A DNA stretch of 32,000 nt, taken from NCBI RefSeq assembly GCF_003044035.1, contig NZ_NVQC01000020.1:60001-92000 (forward strand), read 5' to 3'. Below, in pieces: positions 1 through 7,696 of this stretch (positions are counted from its first letter, which is position 1; the number at the start of each line of letters is the position of its first letter). This DNA comes from Candidatus Methylomirabilis limnetica (GTDB taxonomy: Bacteria; Methylomirabilota; Methylomirabilia; Methylomirabilales; Methylomirabilaceae). The notes under the pieces were generated by a model. That model made no database searches, was not told the origin of the DNA, and saw nothing but the letters and a program-made list of their open reading frames with translations. The translations under genes were made by a program, and so were the position numbers.

Positions 1-1214
1 TTGGCCTGCTCCGATCGCTTAAGTGGGATGCGTGGTCGCGTCCGACAGCTTCTCTGCTTCCGCCGGGAAGCGACGCGGAAGCAGAGAAGCTGCTCACCGA
101 CTTGGGTCTCCCCTCTCACACCATGTTAATTGGCATGACCCCCGGTGCTGCCTATGGGACGGCAAAGCGTTGGCCGACTGACCGGTTTGCCGCAGCAGCC
201 GATCTTTTGATTGATCGCCTTGGAGCCACCGTCCTGTTATTCGGTTCACCGAGGGAAGCCTCGTTAACAAGCGCCATCCGCGAGCGGATGCGCGGAGCTG
301 CTATCGACTTCGGTGGCCGGACGACTCTTCCCGAATTGTCCGGCCTGCTCAGTCGATGCGCGCTGCTCCTCACGAACGATACGGGGACGATGCATCTCGC
401 CTCCGCGTTAGGGGTGCCGTGCGTCGCCCTGTTCGGCCCGACGGATCCTCTCCGAACAGGGCCTCTCGGCTCTGGACATCGGGTTCTTCACGATCCGCCG
501 GCCTGCAGTCCGTGTCGCTACCGCGACTGCCCGATCGACCATCGATGCATGCAGGCGCTGGACGTGGAGAGGGTTGTGGCTGCCGTGGAGGCCCTTCTCA
601 CACGATCAACCTCCACTACCGAGGAGAACGTCCGGATGCGGCCCGCGGTCTTTCTGGACCGGGACGGTACCATCAACGAGGAGATCGGGCCGATTCAACA
701 CCCAGACTTGATGAGACCGATTCCCGGGGCGGCAGAAGCGTTGAAACGCCTTGGCGAGGAAGGGTATCTGCGGATCGTGGTCACCAATCAGGCGCGAGTG
801 GCCCGAGGGGACGCAACGGAAGAGCTGGTTGAAGCGACCCATCGGCGACTCCTGCAGTTGCTCCGCGAGGCGGGAGGCGAGATGGATGCCTTCTACTACT
901 GCCCTCATCATCCTCGGGAAGGGCTCTTCCCGTACAGACGGGCCTGCCTGTGTCGTAAGCCTGCCCCCGGGTTGATTCAGCAGGCGGCCTTTGAGCAGCA
1001 GGTAGACATGGAGCGATCGTACGTCGTTGGGGATAAGGTGAGCGATATGCTGCTGGCAGATCGGCTAGGCCTCCCCTCGGTGCTGGTACTGACCGGCTAT
1101 GGGCGCGAGTCGTTGGATCGCCTTCATGCGGCGGGAGGTCCAATGCCCGCTCATACGGCTAGAGATCTGCTGGGCGCCACCGAGTGGATTGTGCAACGGA
1201 GCGGCCGAGGATGA
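1..1214 (+). CDS. GT9 heptosyltransferase (C-terminal half visible) fused to a D,D-heptose 1,7-bisphosphate phosphatase (GmhB-like HAD) domain; 5' end lies outside the window
   Basis: The frame of ORF 102..1214 stays open back to base 3 (GLLRSLKWDAWSRPTASLLPPGSDAEAEKLLTDLGL...), so the TTG at 102 is not the true start. GT9 hallmarks: GAAYGTAKRWP, LLTNDTGTMHLASALGVPCVALFGPTDP, and a CSPC..C..C tail. The second half has the HAD motif FLDRDGTIN, VTNQ, and the GmhB-type Zn motif CPHH...CLCRKP. Confidence 0.8.
   Translation, partial: GLLRSLKWDAWSRPTASLLPPGSDAEAEKLLTDLGLPSHTMLIGMTPGAAYGTAKRWPTDRFAAAADLLIDRLGATVLLFGSPREASLTSAIRERMRGAAIDFGGRTTLPELSGLLSRCALLLTNDTGTMHLASALGVPCVALFGPTDPLRTGPLGSGHRVLHDPPACSPCRYRDCPIDHRCMQALDVERVVAAVEALLTRSTSTTEENVRMRPAVFLDRDGTINEEIGPIQHPDLMRPIPGAAEALKRLGEEGYLRIVVTNQARVARGDATEELVEATHRRLLQLLREAGGEMDAFYYCPHHPREGLFPYRRACLCRKPAPGLIQQAAFEQQVDMERSYVVGDKVSDMLLADRLGLPSVLVLTGYGRESLDRLHAAGGPMPAHTARDLLGATEWIVQRSGRG
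48..90. repeat. Perfect 16-bp inverted repeat with an 11-nt spacer, inside the heptosyltransferase CDS
   Basis: gcttctctgcttccgc (48-63) is the exact reverse complement of gcggaagcagagaagc (75-90). Confidence 0.9.
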
Positions 1215-2359
1215 GAGCCGTGTCTTCAATCGGCGCTGTGCCGATGGAGCAGGTCCAGCGCATCCTCATCATTAAGCCGAGCTCCATCGGCGATGTGGTG
1301 AACGCGCTCCCGTTCCTTAGCTCGCTCAGACAGCGGTACCCTGATCGGCACATCGCATGGCTGGTGGAGGAGGAGGCGGCAGAGCTGCTGCTGGGTCATC
1401 CCTTGCTGGATCGGGTCATCGTTTCAGGCCGCAGGCGATGGGGACGGGAGGTACGGACCCCCTTCCGCGGGGCGAAGGTGCTGCGAGAGATGACCGCGCT
1501 TATCGCTGATCTTCGTCAGGGTCGGTACGACCTTGTTGTCGATTTACAGGGACTGCTGAAGAGCGCCCTCACGGTGGTCTGTACCGGCGCGCGATATCGG
1601 GTCGGTCTCGCGGGGGGGCGCGAGGGGAGCGATCGCGCGTTAACTCACGTGGTGCCGCTTCCACCAGGACCGCTACATGCCGTGGACCGGTACCTGGAAG
1701 CCGCCAGGTTTTTGGGAGCAGACCCACTATCGAAAGCGTTCGTGTTCCCTTCCCGACCCGAGGACGGGGCGAGGGCTGAGGCGCTCCTGGCTGAGGCCGC
1801 CGTGACGCCGAATAATCCGGTGATCGCCCTGAATCCTCAGGCGCGTTGGCGGACGAAACTCTGGGAAGAGGAGCGATTTGCGCGTGTGGGGGAAGTGCTG
1901 GCACAGCGGCATGGGGCCAGGATCCTTGTGATCGGCTCCTCATCGGACCTTCCACTGGCCAGGCGTCTGGTAAGCCACATGAACCCAGCCCCGTTCGTGG
2001 CGGCGGGTCGGACAGACCTAAAGGTCCTGATCGCCCTCCTCCGGCGAATCAACCTCCTGGTGACGGTGGATTCCGGTCCCATGCACTTGGCAGCGGCGCT
2101 CGGAACCCCACTTGTCGCGCTCTTTGGCCCAACCGATCCACGTCTCATCGGTCCCTACGGAGGCGACCCGCCTACCGGCCAGGCAGGTGGGGTTGTGCTC
2201 CGTGTCCCCCTTCCTTGCAGCCCTTGCTCAAAGCGGCGGTGTCAGATTGAAGCGGATCGTTTATGTATGCGCTCGATCTCTGTTGAGGAGGTGACGGAAG
2301 CCGCCTCCGCTCTCCTGGCCACAAGTTCGGCATGTCGAACAGGCCGCGATCTCTCGTAA
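1211..2359 (+). CDS. Glycosyltransferase family 9 (LPS heptosyltransferase, WaaC/WaaF-like)
   Basis: RILIIKPSSIGDVVNALPFLSSLRQRYPDRHIAWLVEE is a typical GT9 N-terminus. Also LVTVDSGPMHLAAALGTPLVALFGPTDP and a CSPC..C..C tail. The ATG at 1211 overlaps the upstream TGA (ATGA). ATG 1244 (MEQVQRILII) is an equally plausible start. Confidence 0.8.
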   Translation: MRAVSSIGAVPMEQVQRILIIKPSSIGDVVNALPFLSSLRQRYPDRHIAWLVEEEAAELLLGHPLLDRVIVSGRRRWGREVRTPFRGAKVLREMTALIADLRQGRYDLVVDLQGLLKSALTVVCTGARYRVGLAGGREGSDRALTHVVPLPPGPLHAVDRYLEAARFLGADPLSKAFVFPSRPEDGARAEALLAEAAVTPNNPVIALNPQARWRTKLWEEERFARVGEVLAQRHGARILVIGSSSDLPLARRLVSHMNPAPFVAAGRTDLKVLIALLRRINLLVTVDSGPMHLAAALGTPLVALFGPTDPRLIGPYGGDPPTGQAGGVVLRVPLPCSPCSKRRCQIEADRLCMRSISVEEVTEAASALLATSSACRTGRDLS

Positions 2360-2415
2360 CCGAAGCTGCAGGGTTAGTCGAGTCCTCCAGAAAAAGCGAT
2401 AATTTATTTATCAGG

Positions 2416-2464
2416 CTTCTCGGTTCCTACTCCAACAGCCTTCAGTCTTCTGCCTATTTACCTG
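2416..2464 (+). repeat. Copy R1 of a ~50-nt dispersed intergenic repeat
   Basis: cttctcggttcctactccaacagccttcagtcttctgcctatttacctg is nearly identical to 3960-4009. It is related to 26914-26949 and, inverted, to 26795-26812. Confidence 0.8.
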
Positions 2465-2638
2465 ACTGAAAGGTAACCATTCAGTTACGGGTGGAAAATC
2501 TCCCCTAACCCCTCTTTTCCAAAGAGGGGGACTAACCGTTTCCCCCTTTGAAAAAGGGGGATTAAGGGGGATTTTATAAAAAAATACCACATTATTTTTA
2601 ATGATTTCCCCCCTCTCACTGAATGGTTACACTGAAAG
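2465..2638. mobile_element. MITE-like non-coding element: 13-bp perfect terminal inverted repeats flanked by an 8-bp direct repeat
   Basis: TIRs are gtaaccattcagt (2473-2485) and actgaatggttac (2618-2630). The direct repeat actgaaag occurs at 2465-2472 and 2631-2638. The interior has two C-run/G-run hairpins (cccctcttt/aaagagggg near 2510-2528; ccccctt/aaggggg near 2543-2559) and an AT-rich core. No transposase ORF is present. Confidence 0.4.
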
Positions 2639-2649
2639 GGCGAATTCCC

Positions 2650-2679
2650 TTGACAGGAAGGGATCAGTTTGCTTACTGT
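2650..2679 (+). promoter_or_regulatory. Possible sigma70-type promoter for the YVTN/IPTL-CTERM gene
   Basis: TTGACA (2650-2655), 18-nt spacer, TACTGT (2674-2679). The -10 is weak. Confidence 0.25.
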
Positions 2680-2754
2680 TAACGGGCTCTTGCGCGACAC
2701 AGCGGAAAGGAAAGCTGCTGGCAATGAAGGCGTATCTGATCGACACTGGACACG

Positions 2755-3906
2755 ATGGTGAAGCGAGCTCTACCGATCACTTATAGGCAATCAGCTCTTC
2801 CAGGAGATAGTGGCCGGCTCCCATGGGGCTTGGCTCTCGCCGGTATTGTCTGTCTGGTTATTGGGGCATCCTGGACGGTGAGGGCGGCGGAGGCTGCGTC
2901 TTCGGCATATGTGACGAATGCTGGCTCGGCCAGTGTCTCTGTCATTAACACCGCTACAAAAACTGTTCTAACCAATATCTCAGTCGGACTAACGCCTGAG
3001 CACATCGCTATCACCCCAAACGGCGCCTTCGCCTATGTCACCAACTCAGGCTCCAACACCGTCTCAGTCATCGCTACGGCCAGCAACACCGTGGTCGGCA
3101 TCCCGATCCCGGTAGGATCCAATCCCGTCGGTATCGCTATCACCCCGAACGGCGCCTTCGCCTACGTGACGAACTTCGGTTCCATCCCCGGTAGCGTCTC
3201 AGTCATCGCTATGGCCAGCAATACGGTCGTTGGCACCGTCACGGTCGGCACCAATCCCACTGGCATCGCTATCACCCCGAACGGCGCCTTCGCCTATGTC
3301 GCCAACTCAGGCTCCAACACCGTCTCAGTCATCGCTACGGCCAGCAATACGGTCGTTGGCACCGTCACGGTCGGGACCAATCCCACTGGCATCGCTATCA
3401 CCCCGAACGGCGCCTTCGCCTATGTCGCCAACTCAGGCTCCCACACCGTCTCAGTCATCGCTACGGCCAGCAACACCGTGGTCGGCATCCCGATCCCGGT
3501 CGGCTCCAATCCCGTCGGTATCGCCATCACCCCGAACGGCGCCCACGCCTACGTATCCAACTTTGTAGCCAACACCGTCTCAGTCATCGACACAGCCACC
3601 AACACCGTGGTCGGCATCCCGATCCCGGTAGGGGAGAGGCCTGACTTCCTGGCTGTGAGTCCGGACGGGGGATCGGTGTACGTGCCCAATCAATCCTCGA
3701 ATACCGTCTCGGTCATCGCTACGGCTACAAACAGTGTGATTGGCAGCCCGATTACGGTCGGCACGGCCCCCACTGGGGTCGCCTTCACCTCTGTAGATAT
3801 CCCAATTATCCCAACCCTCTCGGATGGCGCCCTGTTGCTTCTAGTAGGCGCCATGGCCGCTACACTCACTCTGCGGATCGCTCGCAGGTCCATTGTGAGT
3901 CGATAA
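2755..3906 (+). CDS. Secreted YVTN-family beta-propeller repeat protein with a C-terminal IPTL-CTERM-type sorting signal
   Basis: N-terminal signal-like segment LPWGLALAGIVCLVIGASWTVRAAEA. About eight ~42-aa repeats of the form N-T-V-S-V-I-x-T-A-S-N-T-V-V-G-...-P-x-G-I-A-I-T-P-N-G-A-F-A-Y-V-x-N. C-terminus IPIIPTLSDGALLLLVGAMAATLTLRIARR gives an IPTL motif, a TM helix and a basic tail. There is no clear Shine-Dalgarno before ATG 2755, so the start is uncertain. Confidence 0.8.
   Translation: MVKRALPITYRQSALPGDSGRLPWGLALAGIVCLVIGASWTVRAAEAASSAYVTNAGSASVSVINTATKTVLTNISVGLTPEHIAITPNGAFAYVTNSGSNTVSVIATASNTVVGIPIPVGSNPVGIAITPNGAFAYVTNFGSIPGSVSVIAMASNTVVGTVTVGTNPTGIAITPNGAFAYVANSGSNTVSVIATASNTVVGTVTVGTNPTGIAITPNGAFAYVANSGSHTVSVIATASNTVVGIPIPVGSNPVGIAITPNGAHAYVSNFVANTVSVIDTATNTVVGIPIPVGERPDFLAVSPDGGSVYVPNQSSNTVSVIATATNSVIGSPITVGTAPTGVAFTSVDIPIIPTLSDGALLLLVGAMAATLTLRIARRSIVSR
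3004..3640 (+). repeat. Intragenic tandem repeats (126/129-bp period) encoding the propeller blades
   Basis: Units 3226-3351 and 3352-3477 differ at 4 of 126 positions by my count. A second blade subtype beginning gtggtcggcatcccgatcccggt recurs at 3091, 3478 and 3607. Confidence 0.9.
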
Positions 3907-3959
3907 CTATCCTCCGCCGAGGGATCTGTTCGCAAGGCACGAATCAAGCTATTTACGAT

Positions 3960-4009
3960 CTTCTCGGTTCCTACCCCTAAAAGCCTTCAGTCTTCAGCCT
4001 ATCTACCTG
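3960..4009 (+). repeat. Copy R2 of the dispersed intergenic repeat
   Basis: cttctcggttcctacccctaaaagccttcagtcttcagcctatctacctg lies between the convergent stops of the YVTN gene and selD. Confidence 0.8.
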
Positions 4010-4016
4010 TTACCGA

Positions 4017-5066
4017 TTACGGCTCCACCCAGATCCGGCCTTCCGGATCCTCGATGATTTCGCCAATGAGGGCAAAGGCCGGCGTTTGACGCTCCCGTAA
4101 GCGCTCAATCAGGGCCGAAGTTCTGTCTTTCGGTACCGCGATCAGGAGGCCACCGGAGGTCTGGGCATCGCATAAGATAAGCTGGGCCTCTTGCCGAATC
4201 TCTGGATCCCAGACAATGGCTCCTTGCAGCGATTCATGGTTCCGTCGCGTGCCGCCAGGGCAGATTCCCTCTTGGACCAGTTCCCACGTCCCGGAAAGAA
4301 CGGGAACCTTTGAGAGCGACACCCGCGCTCCCACCTTGCTACCTGCTGTCATTTCGTGCAGGTGACCCAGCAGCCCGAAGCCTGTGACGTCAGTACAGGC
4401 GTGTGCTCCTACCGACACCATGGCCTCCGAGGCGTCTTTATTCAGCGCGGCCATCATCGCTATGGCAGCATCAATCGTTGGTTGCGAGACCTTGTCGCGT
4501 TTGATTCCTGTGGTAATGATCCCGATACCGAGAGGTTTGGTCAGCACCAGATCATCCCCAATGAGGGCGGTCGAATTCTTAAAGATCTTTGCAGGATCGA
4601 TCAGCCCGGTGACGACGAGGCCATACTTTGGCTCCGGGTCATCGGTGCTGTGCCCTCCGATAATTGAGGCGCCAGCCTCGCAAACCTTATCGGCTCCGCC
4701 ACGAAGGATCTCCCCCAGGACGCTCAGCGGCAGCGTTCCCACCGGAAAACCGACGATGTTGAGAGCGAATAGTGGAGTAGCGCCCATGGCATAGATGTCG
4801 CTCAGAGAGTTGGCGGCAGCGATCAGACCGCAGCTATAGGGGTCGTCCACTACGGGTGTGATGTAGTCTACGGTCTGGACGATCGCCTGTCCACTGTCCA
4901 GTCGGTAGACAGCGGCATCATCGGAGGTATCCGTCCCCACAAGGATGTTAGGGTCGTTAAATCGTGGAAGTTGGCCCAGCACCTGGGCCAGATCAGCAGG
5001 GCTGATCTTACACGCTCAGCCAGCCCCATGCGACAAGGACGTTAGCCGAATCCGTTGATCACTCAT
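4017..5066 (-). CDS. selD: Selenide,water dikinase (selenophosphate synthetase) with an in-frame TGA read as selenocysteine at residue 17
   Basis: The ORF-track segment 4017..4982 begins at an internal GTG. Extending the same frame upstream gives MSDQRIRLTSLSHGAG-TGA-ACKISPADLAQVLGQLPRF..., matching the SelD N-terminal glycine-rich loop (E. coli SHGAGCGCKI). The TGA is at 5016-5018 (plus-strand tca). An AAGGAG Shine-Dalgarno lies 7 nt before ATG 5066. An in-frame ATG at 5069 is an alternative start. The body carries AIR-synthase-like SelD motifs (DDAAVY, DPYxxGxIAAANxLSDIYAMG). Confidence 0.85.
4990..5008 (-). promoter_or_regulatory. Hairpin just downstream of the selD UGA (candidate SECIS element)
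   Basis: On the mRNA: UGA-GCGUGUA-AGAUCAGC-CCU-GCUGAUCU. This is a perfect 8-bp stem with a 3-nt loop starting 7 nt after the UGA. The loop lacks the GU of the E. coli fdhF SECIS, so the assignment is tentative. Confidence 0.4.
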
Positions 5067-5085
5067 CATTGATCTCCTTAAGGTG

Positions 5086-5697
5086 CTACTGGAAGGTTTC
5101 CGGCCCGCAGGACGGATGGTCCTTTTTGCCTCTCGATCTTCTCGCATGCTGAACTCGCGCGCTCCGCATGAGACGCTGGACCGCTGCGGCGCCAAGAAGT
5201 CCGATCAGGACTCCCCAGAACGCTCCGCCCAGCACATCGAACGGATAATGCGAGCCAACATAGATCCTGGAATATCCAACCAGAGCTGCTAAAGGGAAAC
5301 AGAGCAACCCTGATCGTGAGTAATTATAGGAGAGAAACGTAGCCAAGGCAAACATGTTGCTGGCATGGTTTGAAGGAAAGGAGAACGAAACGAGATGCGT
5401 GGCATCCCTGAGAGGATGAAATGGCCTGGTCCGTTGGAACAGATCCTTGAGGATGTGGCTGGTTCCATCGGTGAGTAGAATGACAGCGATGGCGGAAACG
5501 ACTATGATGCGATCTCGTTTTGGACGGAAGATCAATACGTAAATAAGCAGAACGGCCACCGGGATGGCGAAGTTCCATTTATTGCTGACGAACGGCATCA
5601 GGAGATCGAAGATCTGGTTCCGCAGGCTTCCGTTAATCAGGCGGAATCCGGCTTCATCCCACTCGCGCAGTCTCTCTAGCCACGGCATAACAGGCAT
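5086..5697 (-). CDS. PAP2-superfamily membrane phosphatase (lipid phosphate / lipid A or undecaprenyl-PP phosphatase-like)
   Basis: All three PAP2 motifs are present: KDLFQRTRP, FPSNHAS, SRIYVGSHYPFDVLGG. There are several TM segments. Confidence 0.8.
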   Translation of the reverse strand: MPVMPWLERLREWDEAGFRLINGSLRNQIFDLLMPFVSNKWNFAIPVAVLLIYVLIFRPKRDRIIVVSAIAVILLTDGTSHILKDLFQRTRPFHPLRDATHLVSFSFPSNHASNMFALATFLSYNYSRSGLLCFPLAALVGYSRIYVGSHYPFDVLGGAFWGVLIGLLGAAAVQRLMRSARVQHARRSRGKKDHPSCGPETFQ

Positions 5698-5712
5698 GGT
5701 TGGTTCCGCAGT

Positions 5713-6690
5713 TTACGGGTCCATCCGGTGCTGAGAGTGACCGACCAGAAACGCGATCCCTCCCAACCCGCTACAGAGGGCTGTGACAGCGAAAAATAAT
5801 AAGGATAGGCTAATTGCGCCAGCCGAATCCAGACCGACCTTGGAGAAGAAGTAGACGGAGCTTCCCTCGCGGAGACCTATGCCAGCGATGGAAACTGGCA
5901 GCATCGAGATGACGTTGATCAACGGGACGAACAGGAAGAAATAGCGAACATCGACGGACAGATTCAGAGCGCGTGAGGTCAGGTAGAAGATCATGATTAC
6001 CAGCGACTGGAGAATCAGTGAGAGACCAACTGCCTGTAACAGGGCCTGCCGGTGAGTCCAGTATCGCCGGATCGATTCGTGCAGCTGCTCCAGCCTCTCG
6101 TGGAACCGGCCTAGCCCCACCCCATTCAGCACCCTAAAGAACAGCGTCTGGAGTCGAACGCTCAGCAAGCCTGCGACGATCCCGATGACCCCCGTGGCCG
6201 CCATGACCACCAACCATACGACGACGGGGTCGTTCAAATAGGTGTAGGCTGGGATCATGGCGATGCAGGCGATGATAGCAAGGGCGACAAAGCCGGAGAG
6301 CCGCTCGACGAGAATAGAGGCCAGTGAGGCTTTGTCTCGCCGGGTCATCTGGAAGACCCGATAGCCGCGGATCACATCGCCGCCGATAGAGGTGGGGAGC
6401 ATCAGATTGAAGAACATTCCCTCGAAGTACAGTAGAGTCAGCCGCCAGAATGGAATGTTGATTTTTTCTGCCAGCAACAGGCATCTCCAGCGAACAACAC
6501 TGAGCATCTGGGCAAGGATGTAGAGAAAGATGGAGGCGAAAAAGATGGGAAAGCGCAGGGAACGGAAGAGCGTCCCAATGGCGTGTAGATCGGTTCTGGC
6601 CAAGAGGAAAGACAGCAGCGCCAGGCTACCGGCGAGTTTTAGCCAAAACTGCCAGGACTTGGCTGCGGATCTATTGATCGGATTCAGCAT
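5713..6690 (-). CDS. Flippase-like / lysylphosphatidylglycerol-synthase-TM-domain (UPF0104) membrane protein
   Basis: Polytopic membrane protein with the family-typical PTSIGGDVIRGY segment. The ATG at 6690 overlaps the upstream GT2 gene by 20 nt. Confidence 0.6.
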   Translation of the reverse strand: MLNPINRSAAKSWQFWLKLAGSLALLSFLLARTDLHAIGTLFRSLRFPIFFASIFLYILAQMLSVVRWRCLLLAEKINIPFWRLTLLYFEGMFFNLMLPTSIGGDVIRGYRVFQMTRRDKASLASILVERLSGFVALAIIACIAMIPAYTYLNDPVVVWLVVMAATGVIGIVAGLLSVRLQTLFFRVLNGVGLGRFHERLEQLHESIRRYWTHRQALLQAVGLSLILQSLVIMIFYLTSRALNLSVDVRYFFLFVPLINVISMLPVSIAGIGLREGSSVYFFSKVGLDSAGAISLSLLFFAVTALCSGLGGIAFLVGHSQHRMDP

Positions 6691-7696
6691 CTATTCCTCC
6701 GGCCTGCTGACCGTAAATCGTTCGCTTAACCATGTAGATCGGTTTGCCCTGCGTTTCGTGATAGACCCGTGCCACCATTTCGCCGAGTAGGCCCATGCCC
6801 ACCAGTTGCACCCCCAGAATCAGGAGGAGGATCGCAAGCAGCAAGAGCGGCCGCCCACCGATCGAGTGGCCCATGAGCAGTTTGAGGCTGGTCAGGTACA
6901 GGAGTAACCCTCCGCCGGTGACTCCGACGGTGAGCCCTAGTCCGCCGAAGATGTGAATTGGGGACGTGCTGAATCGGAGGAGGAATTTTACAGCGATGAG
7001 ATCCAGGAGAACCCGTACCGTTCGTGCTATGGAGTACTTGGAGCGTCCGAACTGTCTGGGGCGGTGGTTCGTCTTGATCTCGGCGATGGCGATCCCCATC
7101 CAACTGGCAATGGCGGGGATGAACCGATGCAACTCTCCGTACAGCCGGAGATTCTCCACTACCGCCCGTCGATACGCCTTCAGGGTACACCCATAGTCGT
7201 GAAGCTTTACGCCGGTTGTCACGGAGATGAGCCAGTTCGCAAGCATAGAAGGCAGCCGCCTGGAGAGGAAGGGGTCCTTACGATTGGCCCTCCAGCCGCT
7301 TACTACGTCGTAGTCCTGGATCGACTCCAGCAGCCTGGGGATATCGGCTGGATCGTTCTGAAGGTCCCCATCGAGGGTCACGATCACGTCGCCCTTGGCG
7401 TGGTCAAAGCCAGCGGATAAGGCAGCAGTCTGCCCGAAGTTTCGTCGGAACACCACCACACTCCACCTCGGGTCGTCCTTCACGATCGCTTCAAGGGCCG
7501 CCAGTGTCCGATCAGTGCTGCCATCGTCCACGGCGATCACCTCGTAGGGCCGTCCAATACCGACCATGGCCGCGATGATCTGGTCGTGGAGGGGCCGGAT
7601 GTTTTCTTCTTCGTTACAAAAGGGGATGATGATGGACAACCACGGCGCCTGCTGAGGATCGTTGTTCAAAGCGCATCGGGGTGAGTCGTCACTCAT
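6671..7696 (-). CDS. GT2 polyprenyl-phosphate glycosyltransferase (ArnC/GtrB/DPM1-like)
   Basis: LSIIIPFCNEEENI, AVDDGSTDRT and LDGDLQNDP (DxD) are present. Two C-terminal TM helices match the GtrB/ArnC class. Confidence 0.8.
   Translation of the reverse strand: MSDDSPRCALNNDPQQAPWLSIIIPFCNEEENIRPLHDQIIAAMVGIGRPYEVIAVDDGSTDRTLAALEAIVKDDPRWSVVVFRRNFGQTAALSAGFDHAKGDVIVTLDGDLQNDPADIPRLLESIQDYDVVSGWRANRKDPFLSRRLPSMLANWLISVTTGVKLHDYGCTLKAYRRAVVENLRLYGELHRFIPAIASWMGIAIAEIKTNHRPRQFGRSKYSIARTVRVLLDLIAVKFLLRFSTSPIHIFGGLGLTVGVTGGGLLLYLTSLKLLMGHSIGGRPLLLLAILLLILGVQLVGMGLLGEMVARVYHETQGKPIYMVKRTIYGQQAGGIDAESDQ

Noticed and set aside
2485-2724. 79-aa minus-strand ORF (…SPLIPLFQRGKRLVPLFGKEGLGEIF…)
   Set aside because: Its sequence is the translation of the C-run/G-run hairpins of the MITE-like element. 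It has no start context or coding-like composition.
3230-3568. 112-aa alternate-frame ORF (PSRSAPIPLASLSPRTAPSP repeats) inside the YVTN gene
   Set aside because: Its periodicity is simply the 126-bp blade repeat read out of frame. The YVTN frame has a signal peptide, propeller repeats and a sorting signal.
3004-3640. Regularly spaced near-identical repeats that could suggest a CRISPR array
   Set aside because: The repeats are contiguous, with no unique spacers. The period is 126-129 bp, they are in frame, and they encode propeller blades. No cas genes are present.
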